Source: Patescibacteria group bacterium | GTDB taxonomy: Bacteria > Patescibacteriota > Patescibacteriia > 2-12-FULL-60-25 | NCBI GenBank assembly: GCA_028715505.1 | Contig: JAQURS010000002.1 | Span: forward strand, 38,658-102,657 | DNA length: 64,000 bases | Direction of reading: 5' to 3' | Shown here: positions 54,897 to 63,842 of the stretch, in pieces | Layout: the number at the start of each line of letters is the position of its first letter | Position numbering within the stretch: position 1 is the stretch's first letter | Made by a program: the position numbers and the translations under genes | The notes under the pieces: generated by a model | What the model was told of the DNA's origin: nothing | What the model saw: the letters and a program-made list of their open reading frames with translations, nothing else | Databases searched by the model: none

Positions 54897-55697
54897 ATGA
54901 AAGGACTAATACTCGCCGGTGGTACCGGCACGCGGCTTTTGCCGCTCACGGCTGTTTTAACCAAGCAGCTTTTGCCGGTTTACGACAGACCAATGATTTT
55001 TTATCCCCTGAACACGCTGGTGAAGGCGGGGATTAAAGACATCTTGATTATCGTTTCGCCGGATTATTCCGGGAGTTATTTGAACTTGCTCGGTTCGATG
55101 TTGCGCCCGTTTGGCATCAATATTTCTTTCGTGGTTCAGAACGAACCCCGGGGCTTGCCTGAGGCATTTATTTTGGGTGAAAAGTTTTTGGATGGCGAGC
55201 CGGGCGCGCTCATTTTGGGTGATAACATTTTTGAGGATGATTTTACCGAGGCGATTACGAGCTTTTCGTCGGGAGGAAGAATTTTTGCGCGTGAAGTGCC
55301 TGACCCAGAACGCTATGGAGTCGTTGAATTCGATCAAGCGACCGGCAAAGTCCTTTCTATTGAAGAAAAGCCAGCAACGCCTAAAAGCAAATTCGCCATA
55401 CCCGGCATGTATATTTTTGATGGCCGGGCCCCGGAAATCGCCAGAAGTTTAACTCCATCCAAGCGAGGCGAATTGGAAATCGTGGACATGCATCACGCCT
55501 ATCTGGCAAAAGGCGAGTTGGACGTTAGAGTTATAAATGGCGGTTATTTTGACGCCGGAACGCCGGACGCGTTGCTCGAAGCATCAAACTACGTCAAAGC
55601 CCACGATTTTAGGTCGCGTTTCCATCCGGATATCGAAAAAGCCATCGCGGATTTCAATAGCGAATTCAAACGACTGGTCTCACTTAAGGTGAAATAA
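54897..55697 (+). CDS. rfbA: Glucose-1-phosphate thymidylyltransferase-like sugar nucleotidyltransferase
   Basis: MKGLILAGGTGTRLLPLT signature and LGDNIF motif. Confidence 0.78.
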   Translation: MKGLILAGGTGTRLLPLTAVLTKQLLPVYDRPMIFYPLNTLVKAGIKDILIIVSPDYSGSYLNLLGSMLRPFGINISFVVQNEPRGLPEAFILGEKFLDGEPGALILGDNIFEDDFTEAITSFSSGGRIFAREVPDPERYGVVEFDQATGKVLSIEEKPATPKSKFAIPGMYIFDGRAPEIARSLTPSKRGELEIVDMHHAYLAKGELDVRVINGGYFDAGTPDALLEASNYVKAHDFRSRFHPDIEKAIADFNSEFKRLVSLKVK

Positions 55698-57024
55698 ACC
55701 CGAGCGGAAGTATTGAGTTCGTTCTGAGTGACAAAGGCAGAATCCAGAGCCCGGTTTGGCCGTCGCGGGAGCCGGAGACGTAAAGCTTATTTTCGGAAAT
55801 GACCGCGTCTTTAATGTCGTCAAAATTGGCCAAGGTGGTTTTATTGCGGCCGTTGCGGCCATCAAGGCTGAACATGGCAATTTCGTTTTTGGTGGCCACC
55901 ATGACGTCGTTGCCGGCCGGATGCCATGAGATGCCCACGATGGGATCGCTTTGCCGGTAAATGAGCTCGGCTTCCAAACCGTGCTTCCAAACCCAGACCT
56001 CGTTGCCGTTTTTGATCGCGAATTGCAATTCGCGATCAAAAGTGATCGGCAACAATTGTTCGCCCGAAGCCTGCCGACTAATGATCGGGTTCTGGCCAGA
56101 GTCAATCCAATCCCAGCGATTCCCGTCCTTGAGGATGAGCGAATTTTTTTTGTGCATCCAAAATCGCCATTCTCCCGAAGGAAGGATGAGACCTTGTTTT
56201 GCGCCGTCTCCTTGGGTCAAAATTAAATTCGAATTGTTGGGCAGCAGGCTCAGTCTCCAATTATCCAAAATATCCTTCAGTCCGTTCGGTTTCTGTTCGC
56301 GCGTAACGCTTTGGTCGGCCTTAATGGTTAATTGCGTTCCGTCGGTTTGGCCGATCAAGCCTCCTGATTGCCAATGATAATAACCATCGGGCAGTTTAGT
56401 CGCGGAAGGCGGCGAGAATTGGGCTAGCCATTGGACGTTTTTCCCATCCGCCGCGCCGTTGGCCAAAAATTGCGTTTCGTTTTGAGGATTGATTTCCAGT
56501 GATGAAATCTCGGCTATTTCCTTAAGGTCAACTGACGAAGTTATGAGATTGCTCTTTTTATCCAAAAGTCCGATTGAAGTCGAGGTATTGCTTTGGACGA
56601 CGGCCGCAAGCGCGCCCGAATCGGCGTCGGCCATGAAACGACTGACATTTAGGGGTGAAACGAATTGAGGTTGTTCGTCCGGCCAAAGGATGATGTCCGA
56701 AGCGAAGGTGACCCTTTCAGGTTCGATGGACAACGTTTTTGTCCAGGGGTGGTAGCCCTTTAGATCAAGCTCGATGCTGTAGTTGCCGGGAGCTAGGTTT
56801 TGTAAAGTTACGGAAGTAGTTTCGGGAATCTGTTTGCCGTTCAGTTTGATGGTGGCGCCGGCCGGAGTGGTGTCGATGATTAACGTGCCATTGCGTTCGA
56901 TGGCGTTTTTTTTGGGGTTCCAGCGATAGCCGGATGTATAAAAAACCACGGCGGGTGCCATGATGAGGAAAATCAGCGTAAACATCCAGGGCAGGACTTT
57001 GCGGTGGAACGGGATTTTTGCCAT
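55684..57024 (-). CDS. Membrane-anchored PEGA-domain protein with a beta-propeller-like C-terminal region
   Basis: N-terminal TM helix. PEGA module: IDTTPAGATIKLNGKQIPETTSVTLQNLAPGNYSIELDLKGYHPW. Convergent 14-nt overlap with rfbA. Confidence 0.65.
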   Translation of the reverse strand: MAKIPFHRKVLPWMFTLIFLIMAPAVVFYTSGYRWNPKKNAIERNGTLIIDTTPAGATIKLNGKQIPETTSVTLQNLAPGNYSIELDLKGYHPWTKTLSIEPERVTFASDIILWPDEQPQFVSPLNVSRFMADADSGALAAVVQSNTSTSIGLLDKKSNLITSSVDLKEIAEISSLEINPQNETQFLANGAADGKNVQWLAQFSPPSATKLPDGYYHWQSGGLIGQTDGTQLTIKADQSVTREQKPNGLKDILDNWRLSLLPNNSNLILTQGDGAKQGLILPSGEWRFWMHKKNSLILKDGNRWDWIDSGQNPIISRQASGEQLLPITFDRELQFAIKNGNEVWVWKHGLEAELIYRQSDPIVGISWHPAGNDVMVATKNEIAMFSLDGRNGRNKTTLANFDDIKDAVISENKLYVSGSRDGQTGLWILPLSLRTNSILPLGFISP

Positions 57025-57040
57025 AAAAGACAGTACACAA

Positions 57041-57069
57041 TTTACAACGTACTAGTGATTAGGTAAACT
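57041..57069 (+). promoter_or_regulatory. Promoter TTTACA-17-TAAACT for ctp
   Basis: The -10 ends at 57069 and the ATG is at 57077 (7 nt after, no SD). Confidence 0.45.
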
Positions 57070-57076
57070 CCTCTTT

Positions 57077-58399
57077 ATGCTAAACCAATACAGACGGGGC
57101 TTAAATCCCTTGATTATGGCCTTTTGTGGCCTAATTATCGCCGCAGGCGCTTTTGTGGGCGGGTTATACACGGGCAGGGCTACGGCTACCAAAGCCGCTA
57201 CGACGAATGAAACCCAAACGACTGTTGAAGGAGTCGGAGCTTCGGCGCCCGAAGGAACCGTCGAGAATAAACTTCTGAATTTCAGTCAATTTTGGGAGTT
57301 ATGGAAGTTACTTAAGCTAAAGTATTACGACGACGTCTCCGAAAAGAACATGTTTTACGGAGCCATGCAGGGCATGACCGCCGCTTTGGGTGATCCGTAC
57401 ACGTCTTTCTTTGAACCAAAAATCGCCAAGGAGTTCAGTGATTCGCTAAAAGGCGAGTTCGAGGGCATTGGCGCCGAAATCGGCGTGCGCGGCGGGCAGT
57501 TGCAGGTCATAGCGCCATTGCCCGGAACTCCGGCTGAGAAGGCTGGTATTTTGGCGGGCGATTACATCTTGTCGATCGACGGGAAGAGCACTGAAGGCAT
57601 GGTAACTGAGCAGGCCGTGGCTTTGATCCGCGGACCAAAGGGAACGACCGTGACGATAAAGATCGGCCGTCCGGCCAAAGTGGCTGCTTCAACCGACAAG
57701 CAGGTCAAGGCCGCCGCCGAACCTGTCATTAAGGAATACAAGATCATCCGCGACAAGATAACGGTAAAGAGCGTTACCCTGACTTGGCCAAAAGACAATA
57801 TCGCCATGATCGCCATCTCCAACTTCAACCAGGATACGGACACCGAATTTAAACAAGCCGTGGATCAGGTGCTCGAAAAGAATGCCAAGGGCGTGATACT
57901 CGATTTGAGAAACGATCCAGGAGGCTATCTGGATAGGTCGACGGCTGTGGCCGGCGAATGGGTGGGCGATAAAGTCGTTGTGAGCGAACGCCGCAAAGGC
58001 AAGGTTATCGACGAATTCCGTGGCACTGGCACGGGCCGCTTAAAAGGCATGCCAACCGTCGTCTTGGTCAATCAGGGTTCGGCTTCGGCGGCCGAAATCG
58101 TGGCTGGCGCTTTGCAGGATTACGGCGCGGCGGAACTTATAGGCATGAAAACTTTCGGCAAAGGATCGGTCCAGGATTATTCGGAGTTCGCCGACGGCAG
58201 CGCCATCAAGATCACGATCGCGGAATGGTTGACTCCCAAGGGCCGCAACATCAATAAGAGCGGCATTCAGCCCGATATACAGATTGATAGGACTGCTCAG
58301 GATATGGACGCGAACCTTGATCCGCAATTGGACAAAGCAACCGAATACCTGTTGCGCGCGGCAACTACTTCCAGCAATGCGACCTCAACCAAGCAATAA
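57077..58399 (+). CDS. Carboxy-terminal processing peptidase (S41) with PDZ domain
   Basis: PDZ region (PGTPAEKAGILAGDYILSIDG), LDLRNDPGGYL, GSASAAEI (Ser) and TFGKGSVQ (Lys). Confidence 0.88.
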   Translation: MLNQYRRGLNPLIMAFCGLIIAAGAFVGGLYTGRATATKAATTNETQTTVEGVGASAPEGTVENKLLNFSQFWELWKLLKLKYYDDVSEKNMFYGAMQGMTAALGDPYTSFFEPKIAKEFSDSLKGEFEGIGAEIGVRGGQLQVIAPLPGTPAEKAGILAGDYILSIDGKSTEGMVTEQAVALIRGPKGTTVTIKIGRPAKVAASTDKQVKAAAEPVIKEYKIIRDKITVKSVTLTWPKDNIAMIAISNFNQDTDTEFKQAVDQVLEKNAKGVILDLRNDPGGYLDRSTAVAGEWVGDKVVVSERRKGKVIDEFRGTGTGRLKGMPTVVLVNQGSASAAEIVAGALQDYGAAELIGMKTFGKGSVQDYSEFADGSAIKITIAEWLTPKGRNINKSGIQPDIQIDRTAQDMDANLDPQLDKATEYLLRAATTSSNATSTKQ

Positions 58400-58919
58400 T
58401 CCTCCGGTAAAACCCGGAAACGACAGAAAATTCCATCCCCGACATAAAAAGCGCCATGGTTTTAAGTCTCGCCCGACGCGCCAAACTTCGGCTGGCGGGA
58501 TCATCTTCCGCCGCAACAAAGGCGGTCGGGTGGAGATCTTGTTTTTGAAGAGGGAAGACGGGCGATGGACTTTTCCGAAAGGCAAACAACAATTGGGGGA
58601 ATCTTTTGTCGTGGCCGCCATCCGCGAAATCAGGGAAGAAACAGGCATCGCTGATTTGCGTTACGTGGCGCCTTTGGGCTTCACGGCTTTCAAATATTTG
58701 GAAAGACACCAAGGTCCGGTCAAACCGGTGGCTAAAACGGTGCATTTCTTTTTGTTCGAAGCGCCAAGTGATGCCCAAGAACACATCCCCGGCACGGAAG
58801 GAATCGTCGAAGCGTCTTGGATCCGCGCGGACCGGGCTTTCGCAAGCATGAGCTATAGAAACATGGACCGCATTTTGGCTAAAGCCCTTAGGTTGATCGT
58901 GGAAGAGGAAAGGGGCTGA
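58377..58919 (+). CDS. NUDIX hydrolase
   Basis: Nudix box GKQQLGESFVVAAIREIREETG. Start at ATG 58377 overlaps the ctp end. The basic N-terminal tail is uncertain. Confidence 0.75.
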   Translation: MRPQPSNNPPVKPGNDRKFHPRHKKRHGFKSRPTRQTSAGGIIFRRNKGGRVEILFLKREDGRWTFPKGKQQLGESFVVAAIREIREETGIADLRYVAPLGFTAFKYLERHQGPVKPVAKTVHFFLFEAPSDAQEHIPGTEGIVEASWIRADRAFASMSYRNMDRILAKALRLIVEEERG

Positions 58920-58938
58920 TGCCTGTGGATTGCTGACG

Positions 58939-58947
58939 TGCTATAAT
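58939..58947 (+). promoter_or_regulatory. Extended -10 promoter element TGcTATAAT for pyrG
   Basis: Consensus TATAAT at 58942-58947 with TG at 58939-40. ATG at 58958 (10 nt after). Confidence 0.5.
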
Positions 58948-58957
58948 TTCATTCCGT

Positions 58958-60622
58958 ATGAAGAGCATGCGGAAAAATCACAAGAGTCGCCGCCGGACGA
59001 CTATTTTTATTACCGGCGGAGTCATGAGCGGAGTCGGCAAGGGAGTGACGACCGCTTCGATTGGCGCGTTGCTTAAAGCGCGTGGCTTTAAAGTCACGGC
59101 CGTTAAAATAGACCCCTATCTGAACGTGGATCCGGGCACACTCAATCCGACCGAACACGGCGAAGTGTTCGTGACTTACGACGGGTTGGAGACCGACCAG
59201 GACATCGGTAATTACGAGCGTTTCTTGGACGAGGATTTGGGCCGGGCCAATTACATGACTTCGGGCAGCATCTTCCAAACCATCATCAACCGCGAACGGA
59301 GCATGGGTTACGGCGGCAAGACGGTGGAGTGGGTTCCTGACGTGCCAAACGAGATCATTGGCCGGATCAAGATCGCGGCGGAATTGGCGGACGCGGACGT
59401 CACGATCGTGGAAATAGGCGGCACGGTGGGGGAATACCAAAATCTCCTTTACCTCGAAGCCTGCCGCATGATGCGCCTGGACTATCCGGGTGATGTTTTA
59501 ATCGGGTTGGTGAGTTATTTACCGGTGCCCGGCAATCTGGGCGAGATGAAGACAAAACCGACCCAGTACGCGGCCAGGAGCTTGAACGCGGCCGGTTTGC
59601 AGCCCGATTTGATCATCTGCCGCTCGGCGCAGCCGATCGACGAACCGCGCAAACGCAAATTAAGCATTAGCTGCAACGTGGCGCCGGCCGACGTGGTGGC
59701 GGCTCCGGACGTGGCCAGTATTTACGAGGTCCCGCTTAAACTTGAGGAACAACACGTGGCCGAGAGGATCATAGACAAGCTTAAGCTTAAAGTTTCTAAG
59801 ATTGACGGCAAAAAGTGGCGTGAGTTATCCTCCCGCATCCAGCATTCGATCAAGCCCGTCCGAATCGGCGTGGTCGGCAAGTATTTCTCCACCGGCAATT
59901 TTACGTTGAGCGACGCGTATCTTTCTGTTTTGGAAGCCATCAAGCATGCGGCCTGGCATATCGGGCGCAAACCCGAGATCGTCTGGTTGAACAGCGAGGA
60001 CTTTGAACAAAACAAATTGAATTTTAAAAAGCAGATGAAAGGTTTGGACGGCATCATCATTCCGGGAGGTTTCGGCTCGCGCGGCATCGAAGGCAAAATG
60101 ATGGCCATCCGTTACGCTCGCGAGCACAAGCTGCCGTATCTTGGGCTTTGCTACGGCATGCAGCTCGCTTTGGTTGAGATGGCGCGGGATGTTTTGGGTT
60201 GGAAGGACGCTAACACGACCGAGATCAATCCAGACACTACGCATCCTGTAATCCACCTCATGGACGAGCAGGAGAAGAAAATGGAAGACAAAAATTACGG
60301 CGGCACCATGCGTTTGGGGGATTATCCTTGCGTTTTGAAGAAGGGCACTGCGGCTCGTCGCCTTTACAGAGAAGAAATCGTACGCGAGCGCCATCGCCAC
60401 CGATACGAAGCAAATCCGAAATACCGCGAAGATTTTGAAAAAATCGGCGTCAGGTTTTCCGGTTTGTCGCCGGATAATAAACTGGCCGAGATAATCGAAT
60501 TGGAAAAACATCCTTTCTTCATGGCCTCGCAATTCCATCCTGAACTGACGTCTAGGCCTTTCCGACCAAATCCCTTGTTCCTGGGATTGGTCAAAGCGGC
60601 AAGCAGCAACAAAAAACGGTAG
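58958..60622 (+). CDS. pyrG: CTP synthase
   Basis: FITGGVMSGVGKG, and a glutamine amidotransferase domain with GLCYGMQ and the HRHRYE region. Confidence 0.95.
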   Translation: MKSMRKNHKSRRRTTIFITGGVMSGVGKGVTTASIGALLKARGFKVTAVKIDPYLNVDPGTLNPTEHGEVFVTYDGLETDQDIGNYERFLDEDLGRANYMTSGSIFQTIINRERSMGYGGKTVEWVPDVPNEIIGRIKIAAELADADVTIVEIGGTVGEYQNLLYLEACRMMRLDYPGDVLIGLVSYLPVPGNLGEMKTKPTQYAARSLNAAGLQPDLIICRSAQPIDEPRKRKLSISCNVAPADVVAAPDVASIYEVPLKLEEQHVAERIIDKLKLKVSKIDGKKWRELSSRIQHSIKPVRIGVVGKYFSTGNFTLSDAYLSVLEAIKHAAWHIGRKPEIVWLNSEDFEQNKLNFKKQMKGLDGIIIPGGFGSRGIEGKMMAIRYAREHKLPYLGLCYGMQLALVEMARDVLGWKDANTTEINPDTTHPVIHLMDEQEKKMEDKNYGGTMRLGDYPCVLKKGTAARRLYREEIVRERHRHRYEANPKYREDFEKIGVRFSGLSPDNKLAEIIELEKHPFFMASQFHPELTSRPFRPNPLFLGLVKAASSNKKR

Positions 60623-60641
60623 CCTGTGGCTACCGTTTTTT
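60611..60641. terminator. Bidirectional rho-independent terminator between pyrG and rpmA
   Basis: AAAAAACGGTAGCC-TGT-GGCTACCGTTTTTT is a perfect 14-bp symmetric arm pair with an A-tract and a T-tract. It touches both stop codons. Confidence 0.75.
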
Positions 60642-60921
60642 AATTTTTTGGAGTGACGTTGGCAAACGTGACCAGCTTGGGTTTACCGTGGAAGTTATCC
60701 AGCTTTTTCCTGGAAAACGAAACAGTTCCGTTAGCCACGGCGTAGAGGGTGTCATCATGACCCATGCGCACGTTTAAACCTGCGCGGATCTTTGAACCGC
60801 GTTGGCGGACTATGATGTTGCCGATCTTGGCGAATTCGCCCGAATAGAGCTTGGTGCCAAGACGCTGTCCTTGTGAGTCGCGGCCTAATCTAGTAGAGCC
60901 GCCTGCCTTAGTATGAGCCAT
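60640..60921 (-). CDS. rpmA: 50S ribosomal protein L27
   Basis: MAHTKAGGSTRLGRDSQGQRLG...IIVRQRG. No rplU is adjacent. Confidence 0.95.
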   Translation of the reverse strand: MAHTKAGGSTRLGRDSQGQRLGTKLYSGEFAKIGNIIVRQRGSKIRAGLNVRMGHDDTLYAVANGTVSFSRKKLDNFHGKPKLVTFANVTPKN

Positions 60922-60963
60922 AAAACGAAGTTAATGCGCCTATGTTAAACGCTTATAGCTTAC

Positions 60964-60992
60964 TTGTCAAGTGTGTCTTGGGCGGCTAATAT
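60964..60992 (+). promoter_or_regulatory. Promoter TTGTCA-17-TAATAT for the NifU-like gene
   Basis: The -10 ends at 60992 and the ATG is at 61001 (8 nt after). The -35 lies in the palindrome CTTGTCAAG, which reads TTGACA for the divergent rpmA. Confidence 0.5.
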
Positions 60993-61000
60993 AAATCAAT

Positions 61001-61249
61001 ATGGAGCAAAATATCGCTAAAATTCGCCAAGAAATCGAAAAGGCCTTAGACGAAATCGGCCAGACGCTCAGAACCCATGGGGGAGACGTCGAATTTGTTG
61101 ATTTTGATCAGTCCAAAGGAGACGTCAAAGTGAGGATGCATGGGTCTTGTGTGGGCTGTCCGTTGTCAGAGATGACCTTGCATCAGGTGATCGAAGCTAG
61201 TCTCAAAGAAAAGTTCCCCTGGGTGAAAAAAGTGATGGCGGTTGAATAA
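61001..61249 (+). CDS. NifU C-terminal-domain-like Fe-S cluster protein
   Basis: HGGDVEFVDF...VRMHGSCVGCPLSEMTL (CxxC). Confidence 0.8.
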   Translation: MEQNIAKIRQEIEKALDEIGQTLRTHGGDVEFVDFDQSKGDVKVRMHGSCVGCPLSEMTLHQVIEASLKEKFPWVKKVMAVE

Positions 61250-61294
61250 TTATCCACACTATCCGTAAACCGTCCGGAGCCGTAGCATTACCTT

Positions 61295-61675
61295 ATGTTG
61301 ACTTGGGATGAGTTGCGCTTTAACACTAAATTCGCTTGGGAAAATCCATTTTTAAAATGGCTAAGCATTGTCTTGGCCGTTATTTTGATAGCCGTTTCGA
61401 TTATAGCGACGGTAAGGCTGATTCAACTCGGTTTGCCGTCCGGTTACGTTGTCACGCACTACACGGTTTACCTCGGAATCGACCAAATGCTCCCGTTGCC
61501 TTGGGTGGCCGCATTGTTATGCGTGCCAATCCTCGTTATTTTTGGTACCATTCTCCTCGGGTTTACGCTCTTCAGGCAGGATAGCCTGGCTGGTTACGCA
61601 TTATTGGTTTTGGCGGCCACCTCAACAGTCATTTGGAGCGTTTTCCTTTACTACCTGATCAAAATCAATACATAA
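61295..61675 (+). CDS. Small membrane protein (hypothetical)
   Basis: 126 aa with three or four hydrophobic helices. Confidence 0.5.
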   Translation: MLTWDELRFNTKFAWENPFLKWLSIVLAVILIAVSIIATVRLIQLGLPSGYVVTHYTVYLGIDQMLPLPWVAALLCVPILVIFGTILLGFTLFRQDSLAGYALLVLAATSTVIWSVFLYYLIKINT

Positions 61676-61678
61676 ATT

Positions 61679-62725
61679 ATGCCGAGCTTAATGTGGGAGA
61701 TACTGCGCATCGTAGCTTTTGCACTCGTCTGCTTTTTGGTGGCTTTCATTTGCACTCCCAGTATCGTTAAATTCCTAAAAAAACATAAACTCGGTAAAAA
61801 CATACGCGATGCCGAATCGGCGCCTATCATGAGTTCGTTGCACGCGTCAAAGGCAGGCACTCCCACCATGGGTGGCGTCGTGATTTGGGGATCAGTCGTT
61901 TTGGTCGTTGGCCTGGTTTGGCTATTGTGTCTGATTTTCGGCCAACCTTGGTGCGGTTGGAATATTTTGTCACGCACGCAGACTTACGTTCCGTTTGGCG
62001 CTATGATCGCCGCCGCCCTCGTGGGCTTGGTCGACGATTACTTGAACGTCAGACGCATTGGGCCAAAAGGCGGGGGTTTGCGGGTAAGGCATCGTCTGTT
62101 GGCTTACACGGCCATTGCTTTAATTTGCGCACTCTGGTTCTACACAAAGCTGGATTGGAGCACTATCCACGTGCCTTTTGCCGGCAACTTTGATCTCGGT
62201 TGGTTGTACATCCCTTTCTTTGTTTTTATTATCGTCGCTTCGCAGCACTCGGTTAACCTGACGGACGGTTTGGATGGTTTGGCGGGCGGGACCTTGATGG
62301 CGGCCTTTGGCGCGTTCGCCGCTATTGCCTTTGTCCAAGGCAGGACGGATCTGGCGGCTTTTTGCGCGGCCATCATTGGCGCGTCGTTGGCATTCTTGTG
62401 GCACAACATTACGCCGGCCGCGTTTTTCATGGGCGATACCGGCGCCATGTCGCTTGGCACGGTACTCGGCATCGTAGCCATGCTTACCAACCAACCGTTG
62501 CTCCTACCGATTATAGGGTTGCCTTTTGTCATCGAATCACTCTCGGTCATCGCGCAGATGATTTCAAAAAAGCTCAGGAACGGCAAAAAAATATTCAAAA
62601 GTTCGCCCTTCCACCATCACCTGGAAGCTTGCGGTTGGGGAGAACCAAAAATCGTGATGCGCTTCTGGGTCATTTCCTTCATCGTCTCCGTGCTTGGGAT
62701 AATGATCAACCTGGTTGACCGCTAA
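61679..62725 (+). CDS. mraY: Phospho-N-acetylmuramoyl-pentapeptide transferase
   Basis: GTPTMGG, VGLVDDY, NLTDGLDGLA and PFHHH motifs. Confidence 0.93.
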   Translation: MPSLMWEILRIVAFALVCFLVAFICTPSIVKFLKKHKLGKNIRDAESAPIMSSLHASKAGTPTMGGVVIWGSVVLVVGLVWLLCLIFGQPWCGWNILSRTQTYVPFGAMIAAALVGLVDDYLNVRRIGPKGGGLRVRHRLLAYTAIALICALWFYTKLDWSTIHVPFAGNFDLGWLYIPFFVFIIVASQHSVNLTDGLDGLAGGTLMAAFGAFAAIAFVQGRTDLAAFCAAIIGASLAFLWHNITPAAFFMGDTGAMSLGTVLGIVAMLTNQPLLLPIIGLPFVIESLSVIAQMISKKLRNGKKIFKSSPFHHHLEACGWGEPKIVMRFWVISFIVSVLGIMINLVDR

Positions 62726-62732
62726 TGTATTT

Positions 62733-63842
62733 ATGAGAGGGGAACGAGGCAAGATAGACAAGAGATTCCTCGTATTGTTAATCGTTATCATCGCTTTCGG
62801 TTTGCTGATGCTGCTTTCGGCCAGCGGGCCTTTGGGTTACCAGAAATTCCACGACTCCGCGTATTTCTTTAAACACCAGCTTTTATACGGAATCTTGCCA
62901 GGGACTGTGCTTTTCATCTTTTTTTCGTGGCTCGATTATCGGAAACTTGAACAATTAGCTCCGGTCGCTTTGATTGGATCGATTATCCTGTTGGTGATGG
63001 TTTATATCCCGGGCATTGGCATGAATTACGGCGGATCTGGACGTTGGCTTAATATTGGAGTCTCATTCCAACCGTCCGAATTCGTGAAAATCGGTTTTTT
63101 GGTTTACGTGGCGGCCTGGTTAGCTAAACGGCATGAACGAGAAGCGCAGACATTGCAGGAAGGACTTTTTCCTTTTTTGCTTTCGCTTGGCGTCGTCATG
63201 ATCCTGCTTATCATGCAACCGAATACCGGTTCGATGGCCGTTATCGTGGGAGCTTCTTTGGCCGCTTACTTTATCGCCGGCGCGCCGGTCACCTGGTTCT
63301 TGGGTTTAGGTGCGGCTGCGGTCGGTTTGGTCGCGTTACTAATCAAAATCACTCCTTATCGCGCGGCCCGCTTCTTAACGTTTTTGCATCCGGAGCTTGA
63401 TCCGCAAGGCATTGGTTATCACATTAACCAAGCTTACTTGGCCATTGGAGCTGGCGGGATTTTTGGGCTGGGTTACGGACACTCAAGACAAAAATATCTT
63501 TACCTGCCGGAAGTGGCTGGCGATTCGATCTTCGCGGTTATCGCCGAGGAGATGGGAATGCTGGTGGCCATTTTATTGCTGGTCGCAATCGGGGTTCTGG
63601 TTCAACGTGTTTTCGTGATAGCCAAAAACGCGCCCGACGCCTTCGGAAGGTTTTTGGCGGTCGGCATCGGCGCGTGGCTAGGCATCCAAACTTTTTTCAA
63701 CGTGGCGTCCATGATCGGGCTTATGCCAATTACTGGAGTGACTTTGCCTTTCGTGAGTTACGGCAGTTCGGCTTTTGTTGCCATGAGCATTGCCTGTGGT
63801 ATAGTGGCGTCCATTAGCCGCGAAAAACAATTATGGCGTTAG
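62733..63842 (+). CDS. ftsW: SEDS-family peptidoglycan polymerase FtsW/RodA
   Basis: QPSEFVKIGF, and the pattern of 10 TM helices. Position between mraY and murG. Confidence 0.85.
   Translation: MRGERGKIDKRFLVLLIVIIAFGLLMLLSASGPLGYQKFHDSAYFFKHQLLYGILPGTVLFIFFSWLDYRKLEQLAPVALIGSIILLVMVYIPGIGMNYGGSGRWLNIGVSFQPSEFVKIGFLVYVAAWLAKRHEREAQTLQEGLFPFLLSLGVVMILLIMQPNTGSMAVIVGASLAAYFIAGAPVTWFLGLGAAAVGLVALLIKITPYRAARFLTFLHPELDPQGIGYHINQAYLAIGAGGIFGLGYGHSRQKYLYLPEVAGDSIFAVIAEEMGMLVAILLLVAIGVLVQRVFVIAKNAPDAFGRFLAVGIGAWLGIQTFFNVASMIGLMPITGVTLPFVSYGSSAFVAMSIACGIVASISREKQLWR

Noticed and set aside
59825-60538. 237-aa ORF antisense to pyrG
   Set aside because: PyrG is complete and conserved on the plus strand.
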